DNA of 64,000 nt, from contig JAXDPI010000041.1 in NCBI GenBank assembly GCA_034668465.1, forward strand, positions 381 to 64,380, given 5' to 3'. The DNA is from Sphingomonadales bacterium (GTDB lineage: Bacteria > Pseudomonadota > Alphaproteobacteria > Sphingomonadales > Sphingomonadaceae). The translations under genes and the position numbers were made by a program. Positions 47,932-58,248 of this stretch are shown piece after piece; within the stretch, counting starts at the first letter, position 1; each line of letters starts with the position of its first letter. A model generated the notes under the pieces. That model made no database searches, was not told the origin of the DNA, and saw nothing but the letters and a program-made list of their open reading frames with translations.

Positions 47932-48057
47932 TGCGCCCCTTGCATATGCGGAGTGGGGCGCACCTCTTGGCAACCCTCAACTTCCTCAACTTATTTTGCT
48001 GAGCGGTATCGGCGCGGCCATGTTGAGAACGAATTTCCTCGAGCAAGGTAAGCGGCT

Positions 48058-50715
48058 GTGACGCGCTCCGTCTACCGCTTCGGCGGCGGCGTTTCGGACG
48101 GGGAGGCGGGGAACAAGGCGCTGCTCGGCGGCAAGGGCGCGAACTTGGCCGAAATGGCCTCGATCGGCCTGCCGGTGCCGCCCGGCTTCACCATCTCGAC
48201 CGAAATGTGCGGCCGTTATTATGCGGAAGGCGAACGTATTCCGGACGACCTCCGCGCCGAAGCCGCCGAGGGGATCGCCCATATCGAGCGCGTGACCGGC
48301 CGGAAGTTCGGCGACGCCGCCGATCCCTTGCTGGTCTCGGTCCGCTCGGGCGCGCGCGTCTCGATGCCGGGGATGATGGACACCGTCCTCAATCTCGGCC
48401 TCAACGATGCGACCGTCGAAGGCCTCGCCGCGGCGTCGGGCGATGCGCGCTTCGCCTGGGACAGCTATCGCCGCTTCCTTCACATGTACGCCAATGTCGT
48501 GCTCGGCCTCAGGCACGATCTGTTCGAGGAAGCGCTCGATATCGCCAAGGAGGACAAGGGCGTCCATCTCGATACCGAGCTCGAGGCCGGCGACTGGCGG
48601 CGCCTCACCGCGCGCTACCGGCAATTGGTCGAGGAGGAATTGGGCCGGCCCTTCCCCGACGATCCGCACGAGCAGCTCTGGGGCGCGATCGGCGCGGTGT
48701 TCGGCTCGTGGCAGGCGGACCGCGCCAGGACCTATCGCCGGCTCAACGACATTCCGCCCGACTGGGGGACCGCGGTCAACGTCCAGGCGATGGTGTTCGG
48801 CAATATGGGCGAGACCTCGGCGACCGGCGTCGCCTTCACCCGCGATCCGTCCACCGGCGAGCGCGCTTATTACGGCGAATATCTGATCAACGCCCAGGGC
48901 GAGGACGTCGTCGCCGGCATTCGCACGCCGCAATATCTGACCAAAAAGGCGCGCGACAAAGCGGGCGCCAGGGCGCCGTCGATGGAAGAGACGATGCCGG
49001 AGGTGTTCGCCGGGCTGGCCCGCGTCTTCGACCTGCTCGAGCGCCATTATCGCGAGATGCAGGACATCGAGTTCACGGTCGAGCGCGGCACGCTCTGGAT
49101 GCTCCAGACCCGCACCGGCAAGCGCACCGCCAAAGCAGCGCTCCGGATCGCGGTCGACATGGTCGGGGAAGGGCTGATCGGCGAGGAGGAGGCGGTGCTG
49201 CGCGTCGATCCCGCCGCGCTCGACCAGTTGCTTCATCCGACGCTCGATCCCGCCGCCGCGCGCAACGTCATCGCCAAGGGGCTGCCCGCCTCGCCGGGCG
49301 CCGCCTGCGGCAAGGCGGTGTTCGACGCCGACAGCGCCGAGAAAATGGCGGCGGCCGGCGAAAAGGTGATCCTGGTCCGCATCGAAACCTCGCCCGAGGA
49401 CATTCACGGCATGCACGCCGCGCAGGGAATCCTCACCGCGCGCGGCGGCATGACCAGCCACGCCGCGGTGGTCGCGCGCGGCATGGGGCGGCCGTGCGTG
49501 AGCGGCGCCGGCGCGATCGCGATCGACTATCGCGCGCGGCTGATGCGGATCGCCGGGCAGGAGGTGAAGGAGGGGGCGGTGATCACCCTCGACGGCTCGA
49601 CCGGGGAGGTGATGCTCGGCGAGGTGCCGACCGTCCAGCCCGAGCTGGTCGGCGATTTCGGCACCTTGATGGGCTGGGCGGACAAGAAGCGCCGCCTCGG
49701 CGTGCGCGCCAATGCCGAGACGGCGCTCGATTGCCGCACCGCGCGCGAGTTCGGCGCCGAGGGGATCGGCCTGTGCCGCACCGAGCATATGTTCTTCGAC
49801 GCCGAGCGGATCGCCAACGTCCGCCAGATGATCCTGGCGGAAGACGAGGCCGGCCGCCGGATCGCGCTCGATAAATTGCTTCCGGCCCAGCGCGCCGATT
49901 TCGAGGAGATCTTCCGGATCATGGCCGGCCTGCCGGTCACCATCCGCCTGCTCGATCCGCCCTTGCACGAATTCCTGCCGCACAGCGACGCCGAGTTCGC
50001 CGAGGTCGCTTCGGCGTCGGGCGTCGGCGTCGAGGCGCTGCGCCGCCGCGCCGCCGAGCTCGCCGAATCCAATCCGATGCTCGGCCATCGCGGCTGCCGG
50101 CTCGGCATCACCTGGCCCGAAATCTACGAGATGCAGGCGCGCGCGATCTTCGAGGCGGCGCTCGCGGTGGCGGCCGAGAGCGAGGCGCCGATCCCCGAGG
50201 TGATGGTGCCTTTGGTCGCGACCCGGGCCGAATTGAGGATCATCCGGGACCTGATCGACCGCGTCGCGCAGACGGTGTTCGCGGAGCAGGGGAGGGCGCT
50301 CGCCTATCTTGTCGGGACGATGATCGAGCTGCCGCGCGCTGCCCTGCGCGCCGGCGACATAGCCGAAGATGCCGAATTTTTCAGCTTCGGCACCAACGAT
50401 TTGACCCAGACCGCCTTGGGCCTGAGCCGCGACGATGCCGGCAAATTCCTGCCCGTCTATGTCGAGAAGGGCATCTTCCCGCGCGACCCGTTCGTCAGCA
50501 TCGACGTCGAGGGCGTCGGCGAGCTGATCGCGCTCGCCGCCGAGCGAGGGAGGGCGGCCAAGCCCGATCTCAAGCTCGGCATTTGCGGCGAACATGGCGG
50601 CGATCCGGCCAGCATCGCCTTTTGCGAGGCAACCGGCCTCGATTATGTCAGCGCCTCGCCCTACCGCGTCCCGATCGCCCGCCTCGCCGCGGCCCAGGCG
50701 GCGCTGAGGAAATGA
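48058..50715 (+). CDS. ppdK: Pyruvate, phosphate dikinase
   Basis: GGKGANLAEM, SVRSG, GGMTSHAAVVAR, GLCRTEHMF, FSFGTNDLTQ, GICGEHGG. Confidence 0.98.
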   Translation: MTRSVYRFGGGVSDGEAGNKALLGGKGANLAEMASIGLPVPPGFTISTEMCGRYYAEGERIPDDLRAEAAEGIAHIERVTGRKFGDAADPLLVSVRSGARVSMPGMMDTVLNLGLNDATVEGLAAASGDARFAWDSYRRFLHMYANVVLGLRHDLFEEALDIAKEDKGVHLDTELEAGDWRRLTARYRQLVEEELGRPFPDDPHEQLWGAIGAVFGSWQADRARTYRRLNDIPPDWGTAVNVQAMVFGNMGETSATGVAFTRDPSTGERAYYGEYLINAQGEDVVAGIRTPQYLTKKARDKAGARAPSMEETMPEVFAGLARVFDLLERHYREMQDIEFTVERGTLWMLQTRTGKRTAKAALRIAVDMVGEGLIGEEEAVLRVDPAALDQLLHPTLDPAAARNVIAKGLPASPGAACGKAVFDADSAEKMAAAGEKVILVRIETSPEDIHGMHAAQGILTARGGMTSHAAVVARGMGRPCVSGAGAIAIDYRARLMRIAGQEVKEGAVITLDGSTGEVMLGEVPTVQPELVGDFGTLMGWADKKRRLGVRANAETALDCRTAREFGAEGIGLCRTEHMFFDAERIANVRQMILAEDEAGRRIALDKLLPAQRADFEEIFRIMAGLPVTIRLLDPPLHEFLPHSDAEFAEVASASGVGVEALRRRAAELAESNPMLGHRGCRLGITWPEIYEMQARAIFEAALAVAAESEAPIPEVMVPLVATRAELRIIRDLIDRVAQTVFAEQGRALAYLVGTMIELPRAALRAGDIAEDAEFFSFGTNDLTQTALGLSRDDAGKFLPVYVEKGIFPRDPFVSIDVEGVGELIALAAERGRAAKPDLKLGICGEHGGDPASIAFCEATGLDYVSASPYRVPIARLAAAQAALRK

Positions 50716-50746
50716 AATGGGGACAGTTGCTTGTAACTGTCGCTTT

Positions 50747-50998
50747 TTACAGCGGCGGCACCGGCGTATCGTCCCGCTGCCGCGCCTCGTCGCGCACCGC
50801 GGCCTGGCGCAGCGAGTCCAGCTCGCGGGCGTCGCGGCGGAGTTGCTCGTTCTCGGTCTCGAGCGCCTCGCGCCGACGCGTCTCGTCGCGGTAGCGGCGC
50901 TTCCATTTCGGGCTGGCGAGCAGGGCCATGCCGAGGATCAGCCCCAGCACGAAAGTGAGCAGCAGGACCAGCCACTGGTCGGGGGTGAAGGCATCCAT
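50747..50998 (-). CDS. Small membrane-anchored coiled-coil protein
   Basis: One N-terminal TM segment plus a charged helix; GGAGA RBS. Confidence 0.65.
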   Translation of the reverse strand: MDAFTPDQWLVLLLTFVLGLILGMALLASPKWKRRYRDETRRREALETENEQLRRDARELDSLRQAAVRDEARQRDDTPVPPL

Positions 50999-51064
50999 CG
51001 GCGCAGTCTCCGTCTAAGTCCGGTCGCGGTCAACCGCGCCGGGGGCGCGATTGTTCCGCGTCCG

Positions 51065-52057
51065 TTACTTGAGCAGCGCGTCGGAGATCGAGCAGGAGGC
51101 CGGGCCGAGGATGACGATGAACAGCACCGGCAGGATGAACAGGATCAACGGGATCGTCATGATCGCCGGCAGCCTGGCCGCCTTCTCCTCGGCGCGCATC
51201 ATCCGCTCGTTGCGGAACTCGGCGGAGAGGACGCGCAGCGCGCTGGCGAGCGGGGTGCCGTATTTCTCGGTCTGGATCATCGTCGTCACCACGCCGCGCA
51301 CCGAATCGAGGTCGATGCGCCGGGCGAGGTTCTCGAAGGCGAACCGGCGGTCGGTGAGGAAGCCCAGTTCGATCGAGGTCAAGGCGAATTCGTCGCCGAG
51401 CTCGGGATAGGCCTTGCCGAGCTCGCGGGCGACGCGGCCGAAGGCGGCGTCGACGGTGAGGCCCGCCTCGGCGCAGATCACCAGCAGGTCGAGCGCGTCG
51501 GGCAGGCCCTTGCGGATCGCGTGGGTGCGCTTGGTGACCTTGTTCTTGAGCCAGATGTCGGGCGCCTTGTAGGACAGGATCAGCGCGCCGGCGACGAGCC
51601 CGTACTTCTTGAACGCGCCCCAATCGGGGAAATAGTCGACCACATAGACCATCACGATCGCGGCGGTCCCGAAGACGATCGGCAGCACCAGCCGGGCGAA
51701 GATGACGACGAAGGCGAGGTCCTTGGAGCGGACGCCGGCCTGCATCAGCCTCGCCTGGGCCTTCAGCACCTGCCCTTCCTGCAGCACCTTGAGCGAGGAG
51801 AGCAGGCCGCGGACCTTGTCGGCCATTTCGTTGCGGTTGGAGATCGTCTTGCGGCGCTTGGAGGTCGAGGCGACGATGCCGGCCTTCAATTGCTCGCGGC
51901 GCTCGTTGAGCGCCTTGACGCGCTTGGCCATCGGGTCGCGCACGGTGGTCGCCGCGTAGATGGCGACCAGCACGGCGAACGTCGCCACGGCGGAGAGCGC
52001 GCTCGCCACCATGATGACGTCGATCCCCATGATCGTCGGGCCGCTTGCGGGTACCAT
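51065..52057 (-). CDS. tadC: Tad pilus inner-membrane protein TadC (T2SS F family)
   Basis: LPDALDLLVICAEAGLT, QTEKYGTPL, EEKAARLP. Confidence 0.93.
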   Translation of the reverse strand: MVPASGPTIMGIDVIMVASALSAVATFAVLVAIYAATTVRDPMAKRVKALNERREQLKAGIVASTSKRRKTISNRNEMADKVRGLLSSLKVLQEGQVLKAQARLMQAGVRSKDLAFVVIFARLVLPIVFGTAAIVMVYVVDYFPDWGAFKKYGLVAGALILSYKAPDIWLKNKVTKRTHAIRKGLPDALDLLVICAEAGLTVDAAFGRVARELGKAYPELGDEFALTSIELGFLTDRRFAFENLARRIDLDSVRGVVTTMIQTEKYGTPLASALRVLSAEFRNERMMRAEEKAARLPAIMTIPLILFILPVLFIVILGPASCSISDALLK

Positions 52058-52078
52058 CGTGCTTCAGTGCCTCCCAAA

Positions 52079-53053
52079 TCAGATTTCGAAATTGACCATC
52101 CTGGACATGATGAAGGCGCCGATCGCCATCCACACCAGGCCGATGCCGCCGGCGATCATCAGCCGCTGGTCGACGAAGAAGTTCTGCATGTAGGCGCCGT
52201 TGATGAACCAGATCAGCCCGAAGACGATGAAGGGCAGGGCGCCGACGATCCAGGCCGAGGCCTTGGATTCGGACGACATCGCCCGGATCTTGAGCTTCAT
52301 CGCCGAGCGCTTGCGCAGCACCTCGGCGAGGTTCGACAGCGTCTCGGCGAGATTGCCGCCGGTCTCGCGCTGGATGGCGAGCGAGATGACGTAGAACTGG
52401 AATTCGGGCGTGCCGAGCCGGGCCGCGGTGTCCTGCAGCGCCGCGTCCATCGTCCGGCCGATCTTCATCTTGTCGGCAACGGTGCGGAACTCGGCGCCGA
52501 CCGGATCGGGGAGCTCCTCGGCGACGATGCCGATCGTCTCGGAGATCGGCAGGCCCGAGCGCAGGCCGCGGACCATCAGCTCGATCGCGTCGGGGAAGCG
52601 GGCGGTGAACTTGGCGACGCGGCGCTTGATCAGCTTGCCGATCACCCAATGCGGCAGGCCGACGCCGACCAGGAGGCCGATCGGGATCGCGTAGAGCACC
52701 GGCACGCTTTTGAAGACCAGCCCCGCGACCACCGCCGTCGCAAGGCCGGCCGAGGCCAGCACATAATGGGCCAGCGTCCATTCGTGCCCGGTCTGGCTGA
52801 GCCGGAGCTGGAGCAGGGCCGGATTGGGAATGAAGCGCTTGGCGAAGCTGTCGCCCTTGTTCTGGCGCTGGGCGAAGATCCGCTTGAGCTGCGCCTGGGC
52901 GGCGATGTCGGTCGAGCGGCTGTGGCGCTCGCGCAGCTCCTCGAGCCGGCGCGTCAGCTGCTTGCCCGCCGACGGCCCGGAAAAGGCCGCCAGACCGAGC
53001 AGCGCGGAGCCCAGGACCCCGGCCAGCATCAGGAACATCGTCAAACCGGGCAT
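52079..53053 (-). CDS. tadB: Tad pilus inner-membrane protein TadB
   Basis: FPDAIELMVRGLRSGLP, IQRETGGNLAE.L, AMSSE.KASA. Confidence 0.93.
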   Translation of the reverse strand: MPGLTMFLMLAGVLGSALLGLAAFSGPSAGKQLTRRLEELRERHSRSTDIAAQAQLKRIFAQRQNKGDSFAKRFIPNPALLQLRLSQTGHEWTLAHYVLASAGLATAVVAGLVFKSVPVLYAIPIGLLVGVGLPHWVIGKLIKRRVAKFTARFPDAIELMVRGLRSGLPISETIGIVAEELPDPVGAEFRTVADKMKIGRTMDAALQDTAARLGTPEFQFYVISLAIQRETGGNLAETLSNLAEVLRKRSAMKLKIRAMSSESKASAWIVGALPFIVFGLIWFINGAYMQNFFVDQRLMIAGGIGLVWMAIGAFIMSRMVNFEI

Positions 53054-53089
53054 TTCCTCTCCCTCGTCTCGTCAGCTTGCGCTGCGGCG

Positions 53090-54382
53090 TCAGGCCGCGG
53101 CGGACGCCTCCTTGGGCTTCTTGCCGACGAGCGACTTGAAATTGCCGAGCTTGCCGAGCAGCGAGCCGCCGCCCGACGAGCGGGGCTTCTCCTCGCTCTC
53201 GCCCGAACCCTGCTGCTCGACCGTCAGCGCGAGCAGCTGGTTGAGCGGCTGCGACAGCTTGGCCGACTTGGTCACCTTGGCGAGCGGCTGGCCGAGCTTG
53301 GCGGCCTGCGCCGCCGTCTTCGGGTCGAACGGCAGGACGATGTCGACCTTGCGCTCGATCGAATGCTCGAAATCCTTGCGGCTGACCTCCTGGATCGCGG
53401 TCTGGAAGCGATTGGCGACGACGATCACCCGCGCCTGGGGCGCGTTGGCCTTGAGCCAGGAAAGGATGCGGATCGCGTCGCGCGTGCCCGACAGGGTGAA
53501 CTCGACCACGACGATGACGACGTGGACGTCACCGAGCAGATGCGGATATTGCACCATCATGTTGCGCGGCAGATCGATCACCGTGCCCTCGAAGGCGTGG
53601 CGGATCTCTTCCTGGAGCTGGTAGAAGGCCGAGCCGTCGGTCAGCATCGACTGGTTGATCGGCGCCTCCGCGGAAAGGACGCAGAGCTTGTCGTTTGCGC
53701 GGACCATGGCGCGCTCGATGAACAGGCCGTCGATCCGGCTCGGATTCTCGATCGCGTCGGTGAGGCCGCGGCCCGGCTCGAGGTCGAGCGCGAGCGCGCC
53801 CGTGCCGAAATGGACGTCGAGGTCGAGCAAAGCGGTCGAGCGGCCGCCCTTGTCGCCCATCAGCCAGGCGAGCGAGGTCGCGACGGTCGAGGCGCCGACG
53901 CCGCCGCGAACGCCGATCACCGCGGCCATGACGTTGGGCTTCTCATTGCCGCTCTCGACCATCCGCGGGCCGGAAATGGTCATCTGCGCATTGGCGAAGG
54001 CGTCGCGCAGCTGGTCGGGCGAGAAGGGCTTCAGCAAATAATCCTGGATGCCGCTGGCGACGAGGTCGCGGTAGAGACGGACGTCGTTGACCTGGCCGGC
54101 GGCGATCACCACCGTGCCCGGCTCGCACACCTCGGCGAGCGCGTTGATGTCGTTGAGCGGGTCGCCGCTTTCGGAAAGATCGACGAACAGGATGCTCGGG
54201 CTGGCCGAGACCGACAGGGTCTGGACCGCGTTGCGCAACCCGCCCTTGTTGACCTTCTCCGGCGACCAGCCGTGCTCGACCGCGATCGGCCGCAGCATCT
54301 CGGCGGTCTCCTCGTCGGTGACGAAGGCGCTGAAGGGGTCGCGGAGCGAAGCCGCGCGCGAGGCGTGGAAGGGCGCGTTCAT
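53090..54382 (-). CDS. cpaE: Pilus assembly protein CpaE
   Basis: Receiver-like N-terminus plus MinD-like GVRGGVGASTVA, DLDVHFG. Confidence 0.93.
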   Translation of the reverse strand: MNAPFHASRAASLRDPFSAFVTDEETAEMLRPIAVEHGWSPEKVNKGGLRNAVQTLSVSASPSILFVDLSESGDPLNDINALAEVCEPGTVVIAAGQVNDVRLYRDLVASGIQDYLLKPFSPDQLRDAFANAQMTISGPRMVESGNEKPNVMAAVIGVRGGVGASTVATSLAWLMGDKGGRSTALLDLDVHFGTGALALDLEPGRGLTDAIENPSRIDGLFIERAMVRANDKLCVLSAEAPINQSMLTDGSAFYQLQEEIRHAFEGTVIDLPRNMMVQYPHLLGDVHVVIVVVEFTLSGTRDAIRILSWLKANAPQARVIVVANRFQTAIQEVSRKDFEHSIERKVDIVLPFDPKTAAQAAKLGQPLAKVTKSAKLSQPLNQLLALTVEQQGSGESEEKPRSSGGGSLLGKLGNFKSLVGKKPKEASAAA

Positions 54383-54387
54383 GTCTG

Positions 54388-55047
54388 TTACCTACCCGTA
54401 GTGGTGCTGGCCGGCAGGCCCTGGCGGCTGGTCGGCTGGCTTTCGCGATACGTCCGGATCGCCCGGCCGGCGACGACGACGGCGCCGGCGCCCGAGGCTT
54501 CGCGGCCGTGGACGAGATCGTCCGGATTGGCGACCATCGCGGCCAGATTGGTGTTGGTGGCGCAGCCGTAATTGGTGCTGAGCCGGAGCGGCGAGTCGAT
54601 CCCGGGATCGGTCCAGCTCGGGCAGCCCGGCACGCTCGCGGTCGAGCGGCTGGCGACGATCCGGATGGAGCCTGGCGCAACATGTCCCTGAGTGACCGGC
54701 GAGGCGCCGTCATTGTCGACGATCAGGCCGTAGCGCGCGGCGACCAGCGCGACATCGTGCCGCGCCGCGCCCGATTCGTGGCCGGCCGGCTCGTCGACCG
54801 TGACATGGTCGCCATAAGCCAGCTCGATCGACTCGAACCAGGCGGCGAGGCGCGCCTGCTCGGCGGCCGAGACGCCGCTGCTGTCGGTGCTGACGTCGAA
54901 CACGAAATTGCTGTGCTCGACGATCGGCTGGTGGAGCGAGTAGACGCTGGTATTGTTGTGCGGCGACAGCTGGCGCGGCTGGGTCGCGCAGCCGCCGGCG
55001 GCGAGAGCGAGAGCCGAGACCGCGGCGAATTTGAACAGGCGAGACAT
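54388..55047 (-). CDS. cpaD: Pilus lipoprotein CpaD
   Basis: Lipobox AGGC; NYGCATNTNLAAMVANPDDL; AAGGA RBS. Confidence 0.9.
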   Translation of the reverse strand: MSRLFKFAAVSALALAAGGCATQPRQLSPHNNTSVYSLHQPIVEHSNFVFDVSTDSSGVSAAEQARLAAWFESIELAYGDHVTVDEPAGHESGAARHDVALVAARYGLIVDNDGASPVTQGHVAPGSIRIVASRSTASVPGCPSWTDPGIDSPLRLSTNYGCATNTNLAAMVANPDDLVHGREASGAGAVVVAGRAIRTYRESQPTSRQGLPASTTTGR

Positions 55048-55076
55048 GGTCGAGTCCTTTCTGGCGCGGGCGGTCA

Positions 55077-56651
55077 TCAGAAGTTGAAGCCGGGCTGGGC
55101 CGAGGCGGCGCGCGGCTGTTGGGGCGGCGGCGCGGCGGCGGCGCGGGTCTCGCGGGCCGGCGGCACCGGATTGGGCACTGCCGGCGAAGCGTCGCCGATG
55201 ACGCCCGGCGCAACGGTGCGGGCCGGGCCGGCGGTCGGGACCGGGCGCTGCTCGCCGCTGCGGCTGTCATTGCTCTGGCCGATCAGCAGGCGCTGCGCCT
55301 CGTCCGGGTTGCGATGGCCGTCGGTCGGCAGCGCTATCTGCGACGGGCTCGAGACCGGCCGGACCAGATAGGGCGTGACGACGATCACCAGCTCGGTCTC
55401 GGCGCGCTGATAGCGGGTCGAGCGGAACAGGGCGCCGATGATCGGCAGATTGCCGAGGAAGGGCGCGCGGTCGATCGAGTTGGTGTTGTGGTTGCGGAGC
55501 ATGCCGGCGATCATGAAGCTCTGGCCGGAGCCGAGCTCGACCGTCGTCTCGGTGCGCCGCACGGTCAGCGCGGGCACGTTGAAGCCGTTGAGGCGGATGC
55601 TGCCTTCGTTCGACAGCTCGGAAACCTCGGGGCGGATCCGCATCTGGATACGCCCATCCTCGAGCACGATCGGCGAGAAAGCCAGGCCGACGCCATATTG
55701 CTTATATTCGACGGTGACCGTGCCCAGCGACTGGGAGATCGGCACCGGGAACTCGCCGCCGGCGAGGAAGGTCGAGGTCTCGCCCGACAAGGCGACCAGC
55801 GACGGCTCGGCCAGGGTGGTGACCAAGCCGGTCTGCTCGCCAAGGTTGAGCGTGCCGAGAATGTCGACGCCGAGCAGGCGCCCGGCCATGCCCAAAGTGG
55901 TCGCGGTCGAGGGCAGGTTGAAGCCGAAGCTGGTCGCGCCCTGGGGCAGGCCGCTGGGATCGGCAGCCTGGGTGATCGTGGTGATCGTCCCGGCATTGCC
56001 GCGGCCGATGCCGCTGAGGAAGCCGCCGCTATTGTCGCGGCTCAGAAGGTTGGTGCCGATCTCGCGCACCAGGGTGCGGTTCACCTCGGCGATCCTGACC
56101 TGCAGCATCACCTGCTGCGGCGTCGCGGTGCGCAACCGGCTGACCACCTGCGTGCCTTCGCCGACGAACGCCTGGACGAGGCGCTCGGCCTCGGCCGCGT
56201 CGGCGGGCTGGGCGACGGTTCCGGTGAGGAGGACCATGCCGTTCATCGGCGTGGCGGTGAGGTCGGCCTCGGGCATCGCGATCGACAGCATCTGGCCGAC
56301 CGACGCGAGGTTCTGGCCGACGCGGACGCTGGCCGAATAGACCACCCGCCCGCCGGCGCCGGTCGCGTAGACCGTGGTGCTGCCGGCGGCCTTGCCGAAG
56401 ATGTAGATCTGGTTCGGCGAGCGGACATAGACGTCGGCGACGTTCTCGTTGGCGACCACCAGGTCGGTAATCGGGTCGTTGAGGCGAACCAGGCGGCCGG
56501 TGCCGACCGAAAGCGTCACGTCATTGGCCGGCGCCACGGCTCCCGACTGGGCGACGGCCTGGCCGGTCGCGGCGACCGCGAGGCCCGCCGCCAGCGCGGC
56601 CGCCAGTGCGGTGCCGAGGGTGGCACGCTTCATCCTGTTGATCTTGGTCAT
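55077..56651 (-). CDS. cpaC: Tad secretin CpaC
   Basis: QVMLQVRIAEV, FLAGGEFPVP, PFLGNLPIIGALFRS, ELVIVVTPYLV. Confidence 0.94.
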   Translation of the reverse strand: MTKINRMKRATLGTALAAALAAGLAVAATGQAVAQSGAVAPANDVTLSVGTGRLVRLNDPITDLVVANENVADVYVRSPNQIYIFGKAAGSTTVYATGAGGRVVYSASVRVGQNLASVGQMLSIAMPEADLTATPMNGMVLLTGTVAQPADAAEAERLVQAFVGEGTQVVSRLRTATPQQVMLQVRIAEVNRTLVREIGTNLLSRDNSGGFLSGIGRGNAGTITTITQAADPSGLPQGATSFGFNLPSTATTLGMAGRLLGVDILGTLNLGEQTGLVTTLAEPSLVALSGETSTFLAGGEFPVPISQSLGTVTVEYKQYGVGLAFSPIVLEDGRIQMRIRPEVSELSNEGSIRLNGFNVPALTVRRTETTVELGSGQSFMIAGMLRNHNTNSIDRAPFLGNLPIIGALFRSTRYQRAETELVIVVTPYLVRPVSSPSQIALPTDGHRNPDEAQRLLIGQSNDSRSGEQRPVPTAGPARTVAPGVIGDASPAVPNPVPPARETRAAAAPPPQQPRAASAQPGFNF

Positions 56652-56652
56652 C

Positions 56653-57678
56653 TTAACGTGCTCCCACCGGAACGAGCGTGACATTGTTGCCGCGGGCGAC
56701 ACGGACGACCGGGCCAATCGGCTGGTCCCCCGGAATTCCGCTCCGGCCACGAGGGATGCTGCTGGCCGGGGCATTATTGCCCTCGGCCCGGGGCCGCGAA
56801 GGCACCGTGCTGCGCTGGAATCGGGAGACGTCGGCTCCCACCGTAAAGGTCGTGTTGGTGTCGGTCGGCCGGCTCGCGATGGCGAGCAGCATCTGCCGCT
56901 CGGCGCGCGGATCGACATTATCGGGCACCGTCACCTCGCCGGACGCGATCGCGCGCTCCAGCTCGGCATTATTGTCGGCGAGCGAGCGCAGCGACAGCGA
57001 GAGCTGGCCGATGGTCTGCGCGACCGCGATCTTCTCGGCGATCTTCGGCGTCGCTTCGAACGTCACCGTGGCGACGGTCTGCGGCACCTGGTTGCCCGCT
57101 TCGTCGCGCGCGTTGAGGCGCTGGTCGACCGCGAGCACGCGGATGTTGCGGATGAACGTTTCGGAGGCGCGCAGCGAGGGGCCGTCGCCGCCGCCGGCCA
57201 CTTCCTGAGTAAGGACCAGGTCGACCCGGTCGCCCGGGAAGACGAAGCCGGCGACGCCGGAGGTCGCGGAGACCGGGACGGTCACGGCGCGCATCCCCGG
57301 GCCCAGCGCGGCGGCGAGGAAGCCGCGCTCGCCCGGGCGGACGATCGCGCCCTGGGTCAGCGGCTGGCCGGCGGTGATCTCGTTGCGGACGACGGTGCCG
57401 ATCAGGCTCTGCGGATCGACCCCGCCTTCGCCGCGCGTGAAGTAAGCGGGCTGGACGAGGCCTTCGGGCCAGGGCTGGTAGCGGAACGCCTCGGGGTCGA
57501 TGATCGTGCCGACGGGCAAGGTGCGCGTCGCGACCAGGACCTCGGGTCCGGCCGGAACCACGGGACCGGCCTGCGCCTGCGGCGCGGATGCGCCGGAGAA
57601 CATGTTCTTGGCCATGATGGCGGTGACGGCCGCGATGAGAAGTGCGCCGACCAGCAGCACGATTTTCTTGACGTCCAT
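56653..57678 (-). CDS. cpaB: Flp pilus assembly protein CpaB
   Basis: SAF domain; LGPGMRAVTV, AGFVFPGDRVD, NIRVLAVDQ. Confidence 0.94.
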   Translation of the reverse strand: MDVKKIVLLVGALLIAAVTAIMAKNMFSGASAPQAQAGPVVPAGPEVLVATRTLPVGTIIDPEAFRYQPWPEGLVQPAYFTRGEGGVDPQSLIGTVVRNEITAGQPLTQGAIVRPGERGFLAAALGPGMRAVTVPVSATSGVAGFVFPGDRVDLVLTQEVAGGGDGPSLRASETFIRNIRVLAVDQRLNARDEAGNQVPQTVATVTFEATPKIAEKIAVAQTIGQLSLSLRSLADNNAELERAIASGEVTVPDNVDPRAERQMLLAIASRPTDTNTTFTVGADVSRFQRSTVPSRPRAEGNNAPASSIPRGRSGIPGDQPIGPVVRVARGNNVTLVPVGAR

Positions 57679-57738
57679 GGCGCGTATCGCCTCCCCTCAC
57701 GGGACTGAGAAAGTTTCAGCCCCTAGTCTTCAACCAAA

Positions 57739-58200
57739 GTGGTTAAGAAACCGTTCGCTAATCAGCCACAAACCGCCGAACGCGATCGCGACTCCATAGG
57801 GAATTTCGAGCTGCTCGGTTCGGCGCGCGAGCTTGTGGCGAAGCCACATCGCCAGCGTCAGCGCGCCGCCCGCGAGCGACATGATGAAGAGCAAGGCCGC
57901 CACCGCCTGAAACGGCAGCCAGAGCGCGATCGCCGCGACCAGCTTGACGTCGCCGCCGCCCATCGCTCCAATCGCGAAGGCGACCGCGAACAGGCCGAAG
58001 ACGATCGCGGCCACGCCGAGCTGCAGCGCGGCGTCCGGCCAGAGCGGCAGGCCGACCGACCACCAAAATGGGATCGCCAGCAGGGCGATGGCGAGATTGA
58101 GCCCGTTGGGGATGGTGCGCGCCTTGAGGTCGCACCAGCAGGCGGCCAGCAGCATCGCCGCCAGCGCGCCAAGCAAAATCCAGGAAAGCCCGATCGTCAT
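57739..58200 (-). CDS. cpaA: A24 prepilin peptidase CpaA
   Basis: CDLKARTIPN, MGGGDVKL, IPYGVAI. Confidence 0.93.
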
Positions 58201-58248
58201 CGGCCAAGGCTCTAGACGCCCATGCTTTCCAAACCGTAACCGGGAGGC

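Noticed and set aside
47986-50595. 869-aa minus-strand ORF, and similar long antisense ORFs over argD, glyS, petB, phoD and the protease
   Set aside because: Shadow frames opposite well-recognised genes.
50717-54571. 1284-aa plus-strand ORF
   Set aside because: Antisense shadow across tadC, tadB and cpaE, which are clearly the real genes.
57731-57746. CtrA half-site TTAACC upstream of cpaB
   Set aside because: Plausible given known CtrA control of pili, but it is a single half-site inside the cpaA coding end; too weak to call.
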